A DNA stretch of 64,000 nt. Origin: an uncultured Bacteroidales bacterium (GTDB taxonomy: Bacteria > Bacteroidota > Bacteroidia > Bacteroidales > DTU049). Of the stretch, positions 37,361 to 46,199 are shown piece after piece; the first letter of the stretch is position 1; each line of letters starts with the position of its first letter. The stretch is taken from contig CAYRXH010000001.1 of the NCBI GenBank assembly GCA_964428185.1, forward strand, positions 13,219 through 77,218, read 5' to 3'. Position numbers and translations under genes: made by a program. Below the pieces are notes generated by a model that had not been told where the DNA came from, searched no databases, and was given only the letters and a program-made list of their open reading frames with translations.

Positions 37361-38740
37361 TTACTGAAAGCTTGTAGAAAGTACACGGAATACCTCTCCA
37401 CGCTCTTCAAAATTTTTAAACTGATCATAACTTGATGCGGCAGGGGAAAGCAGACATATTTGTCCAGAAAGCGTGCTTCTGAGAGCGTGCAATGCACATT
37501 CGCTGAAATCTGAATGGTAGAATATTTGTCTTGGAATTTTGTTTTTCAACACATCAAACATTTTTTGTCCTGCTTCTCCATAACAGAAAATATTGTTGAT
37601 TTTGTATTGAATGATTTTCTCATAAAAATCACTGTAGTCAAGCCCTCTGTCCTTTCCTCCCAGAATGAGTGATGCTACCGGTTGCAAAGTTTCAACTGTA
37701 AAAAGCGAAGCTTGGGGTATTGTGGCAATACTGTCATTGTAACATATAATTCCCGATGGGGTTTCAATCCTTTCCATTCTGTGTGGTAGTCCATGAAATG
37801 TACGTAACCCCTTATACATATTCTCTGTTGTCAGCCCAAGATGTGAACATGCGCAAATGGCTGCCAGACAATTTGAAATATTATGTAATCCACTGATATT
37901 CAGTTCGCTGAATTTTATAATCTGCTCTGTGCCGTGGTAATTGCAGTAAATAGAACCGTTTTCTGCCCAGGCACCTTTGTAAGCATGAGGATGAACAGAA
38001 TAAAAAAGTTTTTTGGCATTGATATGATGAGCTTCAGGATAAATATTTTTCTGATCCAGATTGATGATAATACAGTCATCATCCGAAGCTAATCTGAAAA
38101 GATTTCTTTTGGCATTGTAATATGTTTCTGTATCCGGATAATAGTCAAGATGTTCAGGGAACAGATTGAGAATAATGCCAATTCTGGGAGCTGCCGTTAT
38201 GTACTGAAGCTGATGGGATGAAACTTCAACCACTGCAGTTTCTGCAAGTACGATGTCATCAATGAGGTCAAAAGGAGGGATACCGATATTACCGGCAAGC
38301 GGTACATGGTCAAACTGAGTTCTCAAAATATGGGCAATCAGTGAGGATGTTGTGCTTTTCCCTTTGGTTCCGGTTACTGCAACGATTTTTTTTCCAAAAA
38401 ACCGGAAAAGAAAATCTGTTTGTGAAGTGAGATGGGTTTTTTCAGGTATTGTGGCCTGAAACAATGATATTCCGGGAGAAACAAAGACCAGTTCTGAATG
38501 TTTAAGGCAATCAAGATAATTGACTCCGCTGTGTTTTTCTGTATAATTGTCACTATAAGCAGGGTGTTCCGAAAAAGCTGTCTGGTTTTTGTCAGCAATG
38601 ATAAGCTTTTGCTCAGGCAGATATTTTCTTATCAGCGAATAGGTGGATTTCCCTTCACGCCCGAAACCCAAAATACAAATGCTGTTGTATTTAAGTATTT
38701 CAGATTTCAGTATTTCTGATAAATTGTCTGAGCTGTACAT
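37361..38740 (-). CDS. MurD-family ligase outside any dcw cluster (candidate MurD2)
   Basis: N-terminal Rossmann ICILGFGREGKS, P-loop VTGTKGKSTTSSL and C-terminal LLSPAASSYDQFKNFEERGEVF. Overlaps the upstream gene by 41 nt. Confidence 0.6.
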   Translation of the reverse strand: MYSSDNLSEILKSEILKYNSICILGFGREGKSTYSLIRKYLPEQKLIIADKNQTAFSEHPAYSDNYTEKHSGVNYLDCLKHSELVFVSPGISLFQATIPEKTHLTSQTDFLFRFFGKKIVAVTGTKGKSTTSSLIAHILRTQFDHVPLAGNIGIPPFDLIDDIVLAETAVVEVSSHQLQYITAAPRIGIILNLFPEHLDYYPDTETYYNAKRNLFRLASDDDCIIINLDQKNIYPEAHHINAKKLFYSVHPHAYKGAWAENGSIYCNYHGTEQIIKFSELNISGLHNISNCLAAICACSHLGLTTENMYKGLRTFHGLPHRMERIETPSGIICYNDSIATIPQASLFTVETLQPVASLILGGKDRGLDYSDFYEKIIQYKINNIFCYGEAGQKMFDVLKNKIPRQIFYHSDFSECALHALRSTLSGQICLLSPAASSYDQFKNFEERGEVFRVLSTSFQ

Positions 38741-40091
38741 ACAGTTTTTCTGTTAGAAAGTGATCCGGATTGAATTGTTGAAATATCGCATTCCTGAACT
38801 GAGTTTCAGATTTACTGATCATTAGATTGCTGTGTCTGAAGTAATCAAGAAGGTATGGTAGGGGCTTGTGTTCATACCATCTATCCAGAGAATAGCTGAG
38901 AGCCAAATTAATTTCGGAAGGAGTACCGACACATTCAAAAGGTTTGACTTTTTCTGACCCCGTCAGTTGACGGAAAATGGTAAGCAATTCCCGGTTGTCA
39001 AAAATATTATAGCCAAAGATTTGGGTGATTCCTGAGGGGCCAATAAATGGAAGCAGGATTATTGCTGTAAAAAGGCATTTCGGACATTTGCCACACCAGA
39101 TATTTTGTTTGCTTCCTGCATTGCAGCTTCTGAAAACTTCGTGATAATGTGTCATCCTGCTAAATGCGGCTGCAATCTGCAATTCTGAAAGGGGTCTGAG
39201 CAGGCTGAAATAATTATAGTGAGGACTGATCCATGTTTGTACATAGTATCTGAAATCCTTTTCAAATTCAACGGATTTTGAATACTGATGGTTTATTTTT
39301 GTTCCAAGAACGGTGGCTTCGTTGGCACTGGATTCATTACTGAGAGCAATGTCAGCAATACCTGAAACATAAGCGACAACAAGAGACTGAAAAGCAAGCA
39401 GAGATGAAAATGGAGTGTGTCCGTTGAGAAAGCCCTCAGTATTCAAACGGAGGAGTTCGGGATCAATTGTACGATGAATCACGAAAGTCAGATCATCTGA
39501 TATGCCGGCGGTCTTGACTGTTTCTGTCATCGCTTCTCTTGGGTTCACCAGCATTAGTCTTACGTTTGCACCTGTGTTCAGGAGGAACTCAAGGCTCACT
39601 GCCGAATCTTTCCCTCCACCAACCGGTACAATCACTTCATTGCTAAATTGTCGAAAATCCACTTTTGAAAAAGGAATATCACTTTTACATTCAATTTTCA
39701 GAAAATCTTCTTCAGAGGCATCAATTGAGTTGATCCAGAAAAATTCTCCAAGACCGTTAAACCAAAGTTTTTTCCACCATCTGATCTGATCCTGATTCAG
39801 CTGAAACGGTTTAATAATGACCCGTTTAGGGCATGCTGCTTTCCAGTAGCTGATCAGTTCAACCATCCCCAGATTAAACAGCAGAACATGTATATCATTC
39901 TGATTCAGATGTTCAGGTTGAGAGTTGAATATAAATTTTGTCTGTGGTTTAAAAATGAGTTGATTATCAAGTGAAAATTGATATTCCACAGACAGTTCAT
40001 GACCGTTTAATTGAAAATTATAGCCTTCAAATGAAAAAATTTGAAATTGTTTTCTCAGGTCTGTATATTTGTCAAAATTATTTTGCCGCAT
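38700..40091 (-). CDS. PP-loop-like protein of unknown function (candidate MurL-type epimerase)
   Basis: 463 aa with VPVGGGKDSAVS (a variant of the SGGxDS PP-loop) and a CGKCPKC cysteine cluster. Translationally coupled to the MurD-like gene. Confidence 0.4.
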   Translation of the reverse strand: MRQNNFDKYTDLRKQFQIFSFEGYNFQLNGHELSVEYQFSLDNQLIFKPQTKFIFNSQPEHLNQNDIHVLLFNLGMVELISYWKAACPKRVIIKPFQLNQDQIRWWKKLWFNGLGEFFWINSIDASEEDFLKIECKSDIPFSKVDFRQFSNEVIVPVGGGKDSAVSLEFLLNTGANVRLMLVNPREAMTETVKTAGISDDLTFVIHRTIDPELLRLNTEGFLNGHTPFSSLLAFQSLVVAYVSGIADIALSNESSANEATVLGTKINHQYSKSVEFEKDFRYYVQTWISPHYNYFSLLRPLSELQIAAAFSRMTHYHEVFRSCNAGSKQNIWCGKCPKCLFTAIILLPFIGPSGITQIFGYNIFDNRELLTIFRQLTGSEKVKPFECVGTPSEINLALSYSLDRWYEHKPLPYLLDYFRHSNLMISKSETQFRNAIFQQFNPDHFLTEKLYVQLRQFIRNTEI

Positions 40092-40145
40092 AATAAACGG
40101 TATAATATTTGAAGAAGGCTCAAAATTAATGAATAATCCGGAACT

Positions 40146-40730
40146 ATGGAAAAGAAGTTTGAGATCAGGGCAAATGCAGTAAAGCCTGCTTCAGGCCGCC
40201 TGCTTGTATCAGAGCCCTTGCTGCAGGATGTGTACTTCAGGCGTTCAGTTGTTCTGCTTATCGAGCATTCAAAGGATGAAGGTTCAGTAGGGGTTATTCT
40301 GAACAAACCCCTTGATGTAACCTTTAATCAGGTGGTGAAAAATTCACCTGCTCTCAATGCTGGAATGTTTCTGGGTGGGCCTGTGGCAACCGGTAATGTC
40401 TATTTTCTTCACACATTGGGGTATGACATTGAAAATGCTATTGAAATTGGCAAAGGCCTTTTCTGGGGAGGGAATATTGAACAGGTGAATGAACTGATTG
40501 CATTGCAGGTACTCAATCCCTCAAATATCCGCTTTTATATTGGCTATTCGGGTTGGGGGGCAATGCAGCTTGAAAATGAACTAAGTCTCAACAGTTGGGC
40601 AATTGTGAAAGCACAGACACATGAAATCTGGAAACTTCCTGCTTCTGCGATGTGGGAAACCATGGTTGAGAAACTGGGATCCGGATATGACTTTTGGAAA
40701 AAAATGCCCGAAGATCCGGGGATGAATTGA
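40146..40730 (+). CDS. yqgE: YqgE/AlgH-family protein (UPF0301)
   Basis: LVSEPLLQDVYFRRSVVLLIEHSKDEGSVGVILNKPL and GGPV signatures, 194 aa. Confidence 0.8.
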   Translation: MEKKFEIRANAVKPASGRLLVSEPLLQDVYFRRSVVLLIEHSKDEGSVGVILNKPLDVTFNQVVKNSPALNAGMFLGGPVATGNVYFLHTLGYDIENAIEIGKGLFWGGNIEQVNELIALQVLNPSNIRFYIGYSGWGAMQLENELSLNSWAIVKAQTHEIWKLPASAMWETMVEKLGSGYDFWKKMPEDPGMN

Positions 40731-40975
40731 TGGGACAACTAGAAGATTAAGCCAAAGGCTTCCCTTTGGGAGAGAAGATTGCTTGATGAGTTTGTGCATG
40801 TAATTGATTATTAGTGATTAGTGACTGGTAAAAAAATACTTCAACATTCAATACTCATGATCCTATACCCTTTTATACCCTTTACCTTAAACACAACCTC
40901 CTTCATAAGAATTGTTTTTATAAACATGCAGAAGTTTTGAACAGAATATGTTTTATATCGAAAAAATAGTTATAA

Positions 40976-41197
40976 ATGCCTTTAATTTTAATATACACAT
41001 CTATGAATAAATGGATTTATCTTGTTATCGCTTTGGCATCAATCGGAGCATCTGTTGCAATGTATATAATTGGAAGCAATTCAGTTCATTTGGATGAACT
41101 GTTACGGTTTTACTGGTATCCTCTGGGGCTTGCTGTTCTTTCACTGACTGGGTTTTATACTGCAGTGAAGAGGATAAAAAAAATTGCACAAATATAA
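40976..41197 (+). CDS. small two-TM hypothetical membrane protein
   Basis: 73 aa with two hydrophobic helices. No homology recognised. Confidence 0.3.
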   Translation: MPLILIYTSMNKWIYLVIALASIGASVAMYIIGSNSVHLDELLRFYWYPLGLAVLSLTGFYTAVKRIKKIAQI

Positions 41198-41244
41198 TTT
41201 GTGCAATTTTCTCTTGTTAATTTTTCTTATTTACTCCTTTCTTG

Positions 41245-41318
41245 TGACTCCGTAGGGATTCAAACCCCAAACCTTCTGATCCGTAGTCAGATGCTCTATT
41301 CAGTTGAGCTACGGAGCC
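41245..41318 (-). tRNA. tRNA-Arg (anticodon ACG)
   Basis: A 74-nt cloverleaf folds by hand: acceptor GGCTCCG/CGGAGTC, D-arm GCTC-AACTGAATA-GAGC, anticodon arm TCTGA-CTACGGA-TCAGA, T-arm TGGGG-TTTGAAT-CCCTA. No encoded CCA. Confidence 0.9.
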
Positions 41319-41330
41319 ATTTGTGAGGTG

Positions 41331-41338
41331 CAAAGTTA
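41331..41338 (-). promoter_or_regulatory. candidate -7 promoter box (TAACTTTG) for tRNA-Arg
   Basis: TAnnTTTG match 12 nt upstream of the tRNA 5' end. Confidence 0.45.
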
Positions 41339-41427
41339 CATTTTTTTTTGAAATGTGAATAAGATTTTATTTTTTTGGGATTTTACAATTGTTTGTGGTA
41401 TTTTTGTACTCAGTAAATCAAATAATC

Positions 41428-42663
41428 ATGAAAAAAGCGGTTGTATTTTTACCTGCCATATTTGCAATGTTTTCAGTGTTTGCTCAGCAAACCGATCAGT
41501 CATTGGTTTTAGCTCCCGATCAGAAAGTTTTTGTTAATCGTGAGCAGATGCGGGGATATGTTGAGCAGGGTTGGTTTATTCCCTCTTGGGATCTGTTTGA
41601 TAATTTCTGGGGAGGCGATTATTCAATGGTCACTCATTATGCAAACCTTGTGTTTCCTGACAGTATTGTTAAATATGAAGGAAGTACCGGTACAATTAGT
41701 TATAACTGGTTATGCGCAGTGGGGCAGGTGCTTGATCCCTATTCACAGGTGTTTTTCAATCCACTGACCACATTTCAGTCTTATCGTGTGGATTCAATGT
41801 TTGTGCTGGCATGGTATAATGTGGTTGATTCTTCAGTTCCTGATACTTTGGTTGCTGAGTTTGTCATTGGCACTCCCACCATGTCTCCCCAGTTTGCCCA
41901 TACCATCTTTATTTTCCAGCCTGATACCCTTGATGCATCTCCACCCCGAATGTTGGGTGATACAACACAACAGGGATATTATGCCAAACTCACAGCTCCT
42001 GATAAAATTATTGTGAAATATCCTCTCACCATGCAGGATTCCACTATGCTGTACGGAAAATATATTCAGTTCCCGGTTGGTATTGAAGTCCCGATGGGCA
42101 AGGTGATTGGTGTTTCTCTCAGTTTTGTTCCGGGTTATTCCTACAGTTTTGATGATGTGTTGTATTCCTATATGAGCGGAGGTTCACTTACCCAGGAGAT
42201 TAATGCTTTTCGAATGGGATTGTATGCAGTTGATGACACTCAGTCAAACCCCTCATTGTTTTATGACCCGTATGAACGCTATAATCTGAGCTATTATATC
42301 CATAAAAATGGCCGTTACGGACTGTATGTGGATCAGTGGCGCAACGAAAGAATGGCTTCGCTGATAACATGGGGCTTTGATTTTGGCTGGAAATTATCCG
42401 GTTCTGATAATGTGTCTGTTTATGAATCTGCCAATACTTCATTTTCTGTGTATCCAAATCCTGCAACTCAGGAGTTACAGATCAGGAACATCGGACATGG
42501 TGCATCACTGAATATTTATTCTTCTTTCGGACAGTTGATGTATTCAGAAAGCCTTGAAAATGATATTATCACAATAGATGTTTCACAGTGGGCACGGGGA
42601 ATGTATTTTGCTGAAATTATCAAAGAAGGAACAAAAGAGATGAAGAAATTTGTGCTTCAGTAA
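41428..42663 (+). CDS. secreted protein with a T9SS C-terminal sorting domain, function unknown
   Basis: Signal peptide MKKAVVFLPAIFAMFSVFAQQ and a C-terminal FSVYPNPATQELQI...GMYFAEI tail. The start was moved to the ATG at 41428. Confidence 0.7.
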   Translation: MKKAVVFLPAIFAMFSVFAQQTDQSLVLAPDQKVFVNREQMRGYVEQGWFIPSWDLFDNFWGGDYSMVTHYANLVFPDSIVKYEGSTGTISYNWLCAVGQVLDPYSQVFFNPLTTFQSYRVDSMFVLAWYNVVDSSVPDTLVAEFVIGTPTMSPQFAHTIFIFQPDTLDASPPRMLGDTTQQGYYAKLTAPDKIIVKYPLTMQDSTMLYGKYIQFPVGIEVPMGKVIGVSLSFVPGYSYSFDDVLYSYMSGGSLTQEINAFRMGLYAVDDTQSNPSLFYDPYERYNLSYYIHKNGRYGLYVDQWRNERMASLITWGFDFGWKLSGSDNVSVYESANTSFSVYPNPATQELQIRNIGHGASLNIYSSFGQLMYSESLENDIITIDVSQWARGMYFAEIIKEGTKEMKKFVLQ

Positions 42664-42732
42664 ACTGGATGTTCACAATAAAAAAAACAGGAAATTTCAA
42701 TTTCCGGTTTTTTAGTATAGATGAATGAAATA

Positions 42733-43776
42733 TTACATTTCCCAGGTATCACCGCTATTGAGGAGGTCATCCATGCACTTGATTTTGTTGACACGACGTT
42801 GTTCACTTATCTGTTCGATCATCATGTCATCATAGGTAGGAGCGAAAGCTGATCTGATCACACCAAGTGCAATGGGAAATTCAGGAGGATTCATCCTGAC
42901 AAGCATTCTGTGGATTCCGGGATCCTGAGAATATTTATCATGCACCAGAATATCACTTTCAGAAATGCCATTTTTGCCGATTTCAACCACTCTGAGCTGG
43001 GTTCCGTCAAGCTGAATGCCTTTATCATGATCTTTGCCGAACAGCATTGGTTTTCCATGTTCAAGAATCAGCTGGGTTTCATCACGGAATTCCTTGTCGG
43101 TGATTGCAGCATGGGCTTTGTCGTTGAAGACGATACAATTCTGCATAATCTCCATGACAGAGGTGCCGTCATGTTTGGCAGCCTGGAACATGATTTTTGT
43201 CATCATAGGGATATTGTTATCAACAGCTCTGGCAAAAAAAGTACCTCCGGAACCAAGGACCAGATTTCCTGTGTTGAATGAATTCTCGATGGTTCCGTAT
43301 GGAGATGTTTTTGTGACACTGCCAATAGGAGAAGTGGGTGAATATTGTCCTTTTGTGAGTCCATAGATCTGATTGTTGAAAAGGAGTATGTTCACATCAA
43401 TGTTTCTTCTGATAATATGAATAAAATGATTTCCACCAATTGCCATTGAGTCGCCGTCACCGGTTGCAATCCATACACTAAGGCCGGGATTTGCTAGCTT
43501 CACTCCTGAAGCGATGGCGTGGGCACGTCCGTGAATGCCATGAAAACCATAAACATTCACATAATATGGAAATCTTGATGAGCATCCGATACCTGAAACG
43601 ATGGTGAAGTTCTCAGGTTTGTATCCGATTTCCGGAAAAACCTTTTCAACCGCATTGAGAATAAAGTGTGCTCCGCATCCGGGGCACCATTTCACCATCT
43701 GATCACTGATAAAATCTTCTTTGTTCAGCTTTCCTGATGCCCTTCCGATTGTATTTTGAATAGGTCCCTGTATCAT
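42733..43776 (-). CDS. korB: 2-oxoglutarate/2-oxoacid:ferredoxin oxidoreductase, beta (TPP-binding) subunit
   Basis: WCPGCGAHFIL and GDGDSMAIGGNH TPP-binding motifs, 347 aa. Confidence 0.85.
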   Translation of the reverse strand: MIQGPIQNTIGRASGKLNKEDFISDQMVKWCPGCGAHFILNAVEKVFPEIGYKPENFTIVSGIGCSSRFPYYVNVYGFHGIHGRAHAIASGVKLANPGLSVWIATGDGDSMAIGGNHFIHIIRRNIDVNILLFNNQIYGLTKGQYSPTSPIGSVTKTSPYGTIENSFNTGNLVLGSGGTFFARAVDNNIPMMTKIMFQAAKHDGTSVMEIMQNCIVFNDKAHAAITDKEFRDETQLILEHGKPMLFGKDHDKGIQLDGTQLRVVEIGKNGISESDILVHDKYSQDPGIHRMLVRMNPPEFPIALGVIRSAFAPTYDDMMIEQISEQRRVNKIKCMDDLLNSGDTWEM

Positions 43777-43778
43777 AA

Positions 43779-45641
43779 CTATTTCTCCTTTATCAGTTGT
43801 GTAAACTGTTCTCTTAATTCTTTGATATTAAATGGTTGTCCCTGAACTTTGTTGTATTGACTGAGTTGAATTTGGGGATATGTTGATCTCAGATATTTGA
43901 CAAACTGTCCTCTGTTCAGTTCACATACGATGACTTTTTTAAATTTCCCCAAGAGTTCTTCTGTATTTTTCGGAAGAGGATATATATACCTGAAATGTGT
44001 ATGAGCAACTTTCTGACCTTCGGCACGGGCTTCTTCCACAGCCTTGCGGACAACACCAAGAGTGCTCCCCCAACTCACAACAAGGACTTCATCCTGATCG
44101 TCACCATATACTTCCTGTTGTGGTATAAAATCAGCAATTTTCATCACTTTTTCTTCTCTAAGCCTGACCATCAGTTCATGATTGAGAGGATCGGTTGAAA
44201 CGAAACCGTCAATATTGGTTTTCTCAAGTCCACCGATTCTGTGACGGAGACCGGGAGTTCCAGGAATAGCCCAATACCTTGCAAGAGTTTCAGGATTTCT
44301 TTCATAGGGTTTATATGGTTTTGAAGGATCGGCATAAGGTGGATTAATATCAGGCAGATCTTTCATGCTTGGAATTTTGAATAATTCGGAACCAAAACCA
44401 AGATACCCTTCAGTGAGAAGAATCGCAGGTGTCATATGCTCCATTGATAATTTGGAGATTTCAAATGCTGCATAAAAACAATCAACAGGAGTTGCTGCTG
44501 CCATGATTAGCATTGGTGCTTCTCCGTTACGTCCGTATAATGCCTGAAGCAGGTCTGATTGTTCAGACTTTGTTGGCATCCCTGTTGATGGTCCTCCTCT
44601 CTGAACATTGACAATTACTAGGGGTAATTCAGTAATTACTGCCAGACCCATGGCTTCAGTTTTTAATGAAAGTCCTGGTCCTGAGGTTGTTGTACAAGCA
44701 AAAGCACCTGCAAAACTGGCGCCAATGGCTGAACAGATACCTGCAATTTCATCCTCCGCCTGAAATGAACGGACTCCCAGACTTTTTTGTGTTGAAAGTT
44801 CCATTAAAATTTCAGTGGCAGGAGTGATGGGATATGATCCAAGAAATAAATGTTTTCCGGCTTTTTCAGCTGCTGCCATTAATCCCCAGGCAGTGGCAAC
44901 ATTACCAGTGATGTTCCTGTAACGACCCTTTTCCATTTTTGCCTTGGGAACTGTGATGATCTGATGAATGGCCTCAACAGTTTCAGCATAATCATACCCT
45001 GCTTTCAAAACAATTTTATTTGATTTGAGTGCATAGGGTTTCTTTTTGAATTTGATTTCAAAAAAATCATAAGTGTGCTTCATGTCTTTATTGAAAATGC
45101 AATAGAGCATGCCCAGCACAAACATATTGCGAGATCTTAAGGACTGTTTATTGTCAGCTCCTTCAACACCTTCAAGACTCTTTTTTGTCAATGTGGAGAT
45201 TGGTGCCTTGATAACATTGAATTTTTCAAGGCTTCCGTCTTCAAGAGGATTGGATGCATAGCCTGCTTTTTCAATAGTTTTTTCGTTGTAGGCATCAATA
45301 TCTGTAATAATCAGTGACCCATGCTTAGCCCATTTCAGATTTGCCTTCAGTGAAGCAGGATTCATGGCAACGAGAACATCGCACAAGTCTCCTACACTGT
45401 AAATCTTTTCATGTCCAAACTGAAGCTGAAAACCGGATACACCGGCAATAGTGTTCTGAGGTGCTCTCACCTCGGCAGGAAAGTCAGGAAAAGTAACAAG
45501 ATCATTACCCGAAAGTGCAACAGTCTCAGCAAAAAGCGTTCCTGTAAGCTGCATCCCGTCTCCTGAGTCACCTACAAATTTCACAACGATAGCTGATTTT
45601 TCAACCACCGGTTTTTCTTTTGTATGTTTTACATGTGTCAT
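43779..45641 (-). CDS. korA: 2-oxoglutarate/2-oxoacid:ferredoxin oxidoreductase, alpha subunit (gamma-alpha fused form)
   Basis: 620 aa with an N-terminal gamma-like domain and a pyrimidine-binding alpha domain (GSYPITPATEI). Adjacent to korB. Confidence 0.85.
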   Translation of the reverse strand: MTHVKHTKEKPVVEKSAIVVKFVGDSGDGMQLTGTLFAETVALSGNDLVTFPDFPAEVRAPQNTIAGVSGFQLQFGHEKIYSVGDLCDVLVAMNPASLKANLKWAKHGSLIITDIDAYNEKTIEKAGYASNPLEDGSLEKFNVIKAPISTLTKKSLEGVEGADNKQSLRSRNMFVLGMLYCIFNKDMKHTYDFFEIKFKKKPYALKSNKIVLKAGYDYAETVEAIHQIITVPKAKMEKGRYRNITGNVATAWGLMAAAEKAGKHLFLGSYPITPATEILMELSTQKSLGVRSFQAEDEIAGICSAIGASFAGAFACTTTSGPGLSLKTEAMGLAVITELPLVIVNVQRGGPSTGMPTKSEQSDLLQALYGRNGEAPMLIMAAATPVDCFYAAFEISKLSMEHMTPAILLTEGYLGFGSELFKIPSMKDLPDINPPYADPSKPYKPYERNPETLARYWAIPGTPGLRHRIGGLEKTNIDGFVSTDPLNHELMVRLREEKVMKIADFIPQQEVYGDDQDEVLVVSWGSTLGVVRKAVEEARAEGQKVAHTHFRYIYPLPKNTEELLGKFKKVIVCELNRGQFVKYLRSTYPQIQLSQYNKVQGQPFNIKELREQFTQLIKEK

Positions 45642-45665
45642 TGGAACAAGGGGTTAATTTTTTGG

Positions 45666-45673
45666 CAAAATTA
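45666..45673 (-). promoter_or_regulatory. candidate -7 promoter box (TAATTTTG) for korAB
   Basis: TAnnTTTG match 25 nt upstream of the korA ATG. Confidence 0.4.
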
Positions 45674-45907
45674 TACCTTTAAACAATATGAGACTGTTTA
45701 ATTTAATTTTTTTTCAAAATTTTATTAACTCAATGTTTATGAATTTTTGATAGTTTTTTGTCTTTTTATTGAGTACATTGCCATGAAAATGCAAATTATT
45801 GAAATTACATACTTGTTTTTCAATAAATTAGAGTTTGTAACATTATTTATACCAATAATAAATATCAAATAGATAAAAAAAAAGGGTTACTCTTATGAGT
45901 TTTTTTC

Positions 45908-45915
45908 TACTTTTG
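45908..45915 (+). promoter_or_regulatory. candidate -7 promoter box (TACTTTTG) for the ferredoxin gene
   Basis: TAnnTTTG match 27 nt upstream of the ATG at 45942. Confidence 0.4.
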
Positions 45916-45941
45916 CAACACAAACAAAAAATATTTAAGTC

Positions 45942-46109
45942 ATGGCTTATGTAATTACAGATGATTGTACCGCATGTGGTACTTGTATTGATGAATGTCC
46001 CGTAGAAGCAATTTCTGAAGGTCCCATTTACAAAATTGATCCCGATGTTTGCACAGACTGCGGTGCATGTGCTGATGTTTGTCCGGTTGAAGCAATTCAC
46101 CCCGAATAA
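45942..46109 (+). CDS. 2x[4Fe-4S] ferredoxin (55 aa)
   Basis: Not in the ORF track because it is under 60 aa. Translates to MAYVITDDCTACGTCIDECPVEAISEGPIYKIDPDVCTDCGACADVCPVEAIHPE, with two CxxCxxCxxxCP clusters. Divergent from korAB. Confidence 0.9.
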   Translation: MAYVITDDCTACGTCIDECPVEAISEGPIYKIDPDVCTDCGACADVCPVEAIHPE

Positions 46110-46132
46110 TATCGGACATCAACATTATAAAA

Positions 46133-46161
46133 AGCCCTGAGGTTGCCTGAGGGCTTTTTTT
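46133..46161 (+). terminator. rho-independent terminator after the ferredoxin gene
   Basis: AGCCCTGAGG-TTG-CCTGAGGGCT hairpin (one mismatch) followed by a T7 run. Confidence 0.6.
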
Positions 46162-46199
46162 GTTGCTGTTTTTTTCTATTTTCGTAAAAAATTAAGTGA

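Noticed and set aside
40055-40306. 83-aa minus-strand ORF spanning the divergent region between the MurL-like gene and yqgE.
   Set aside because: It overlaps the 5' ends of both flanking genes and has no recognisable features.
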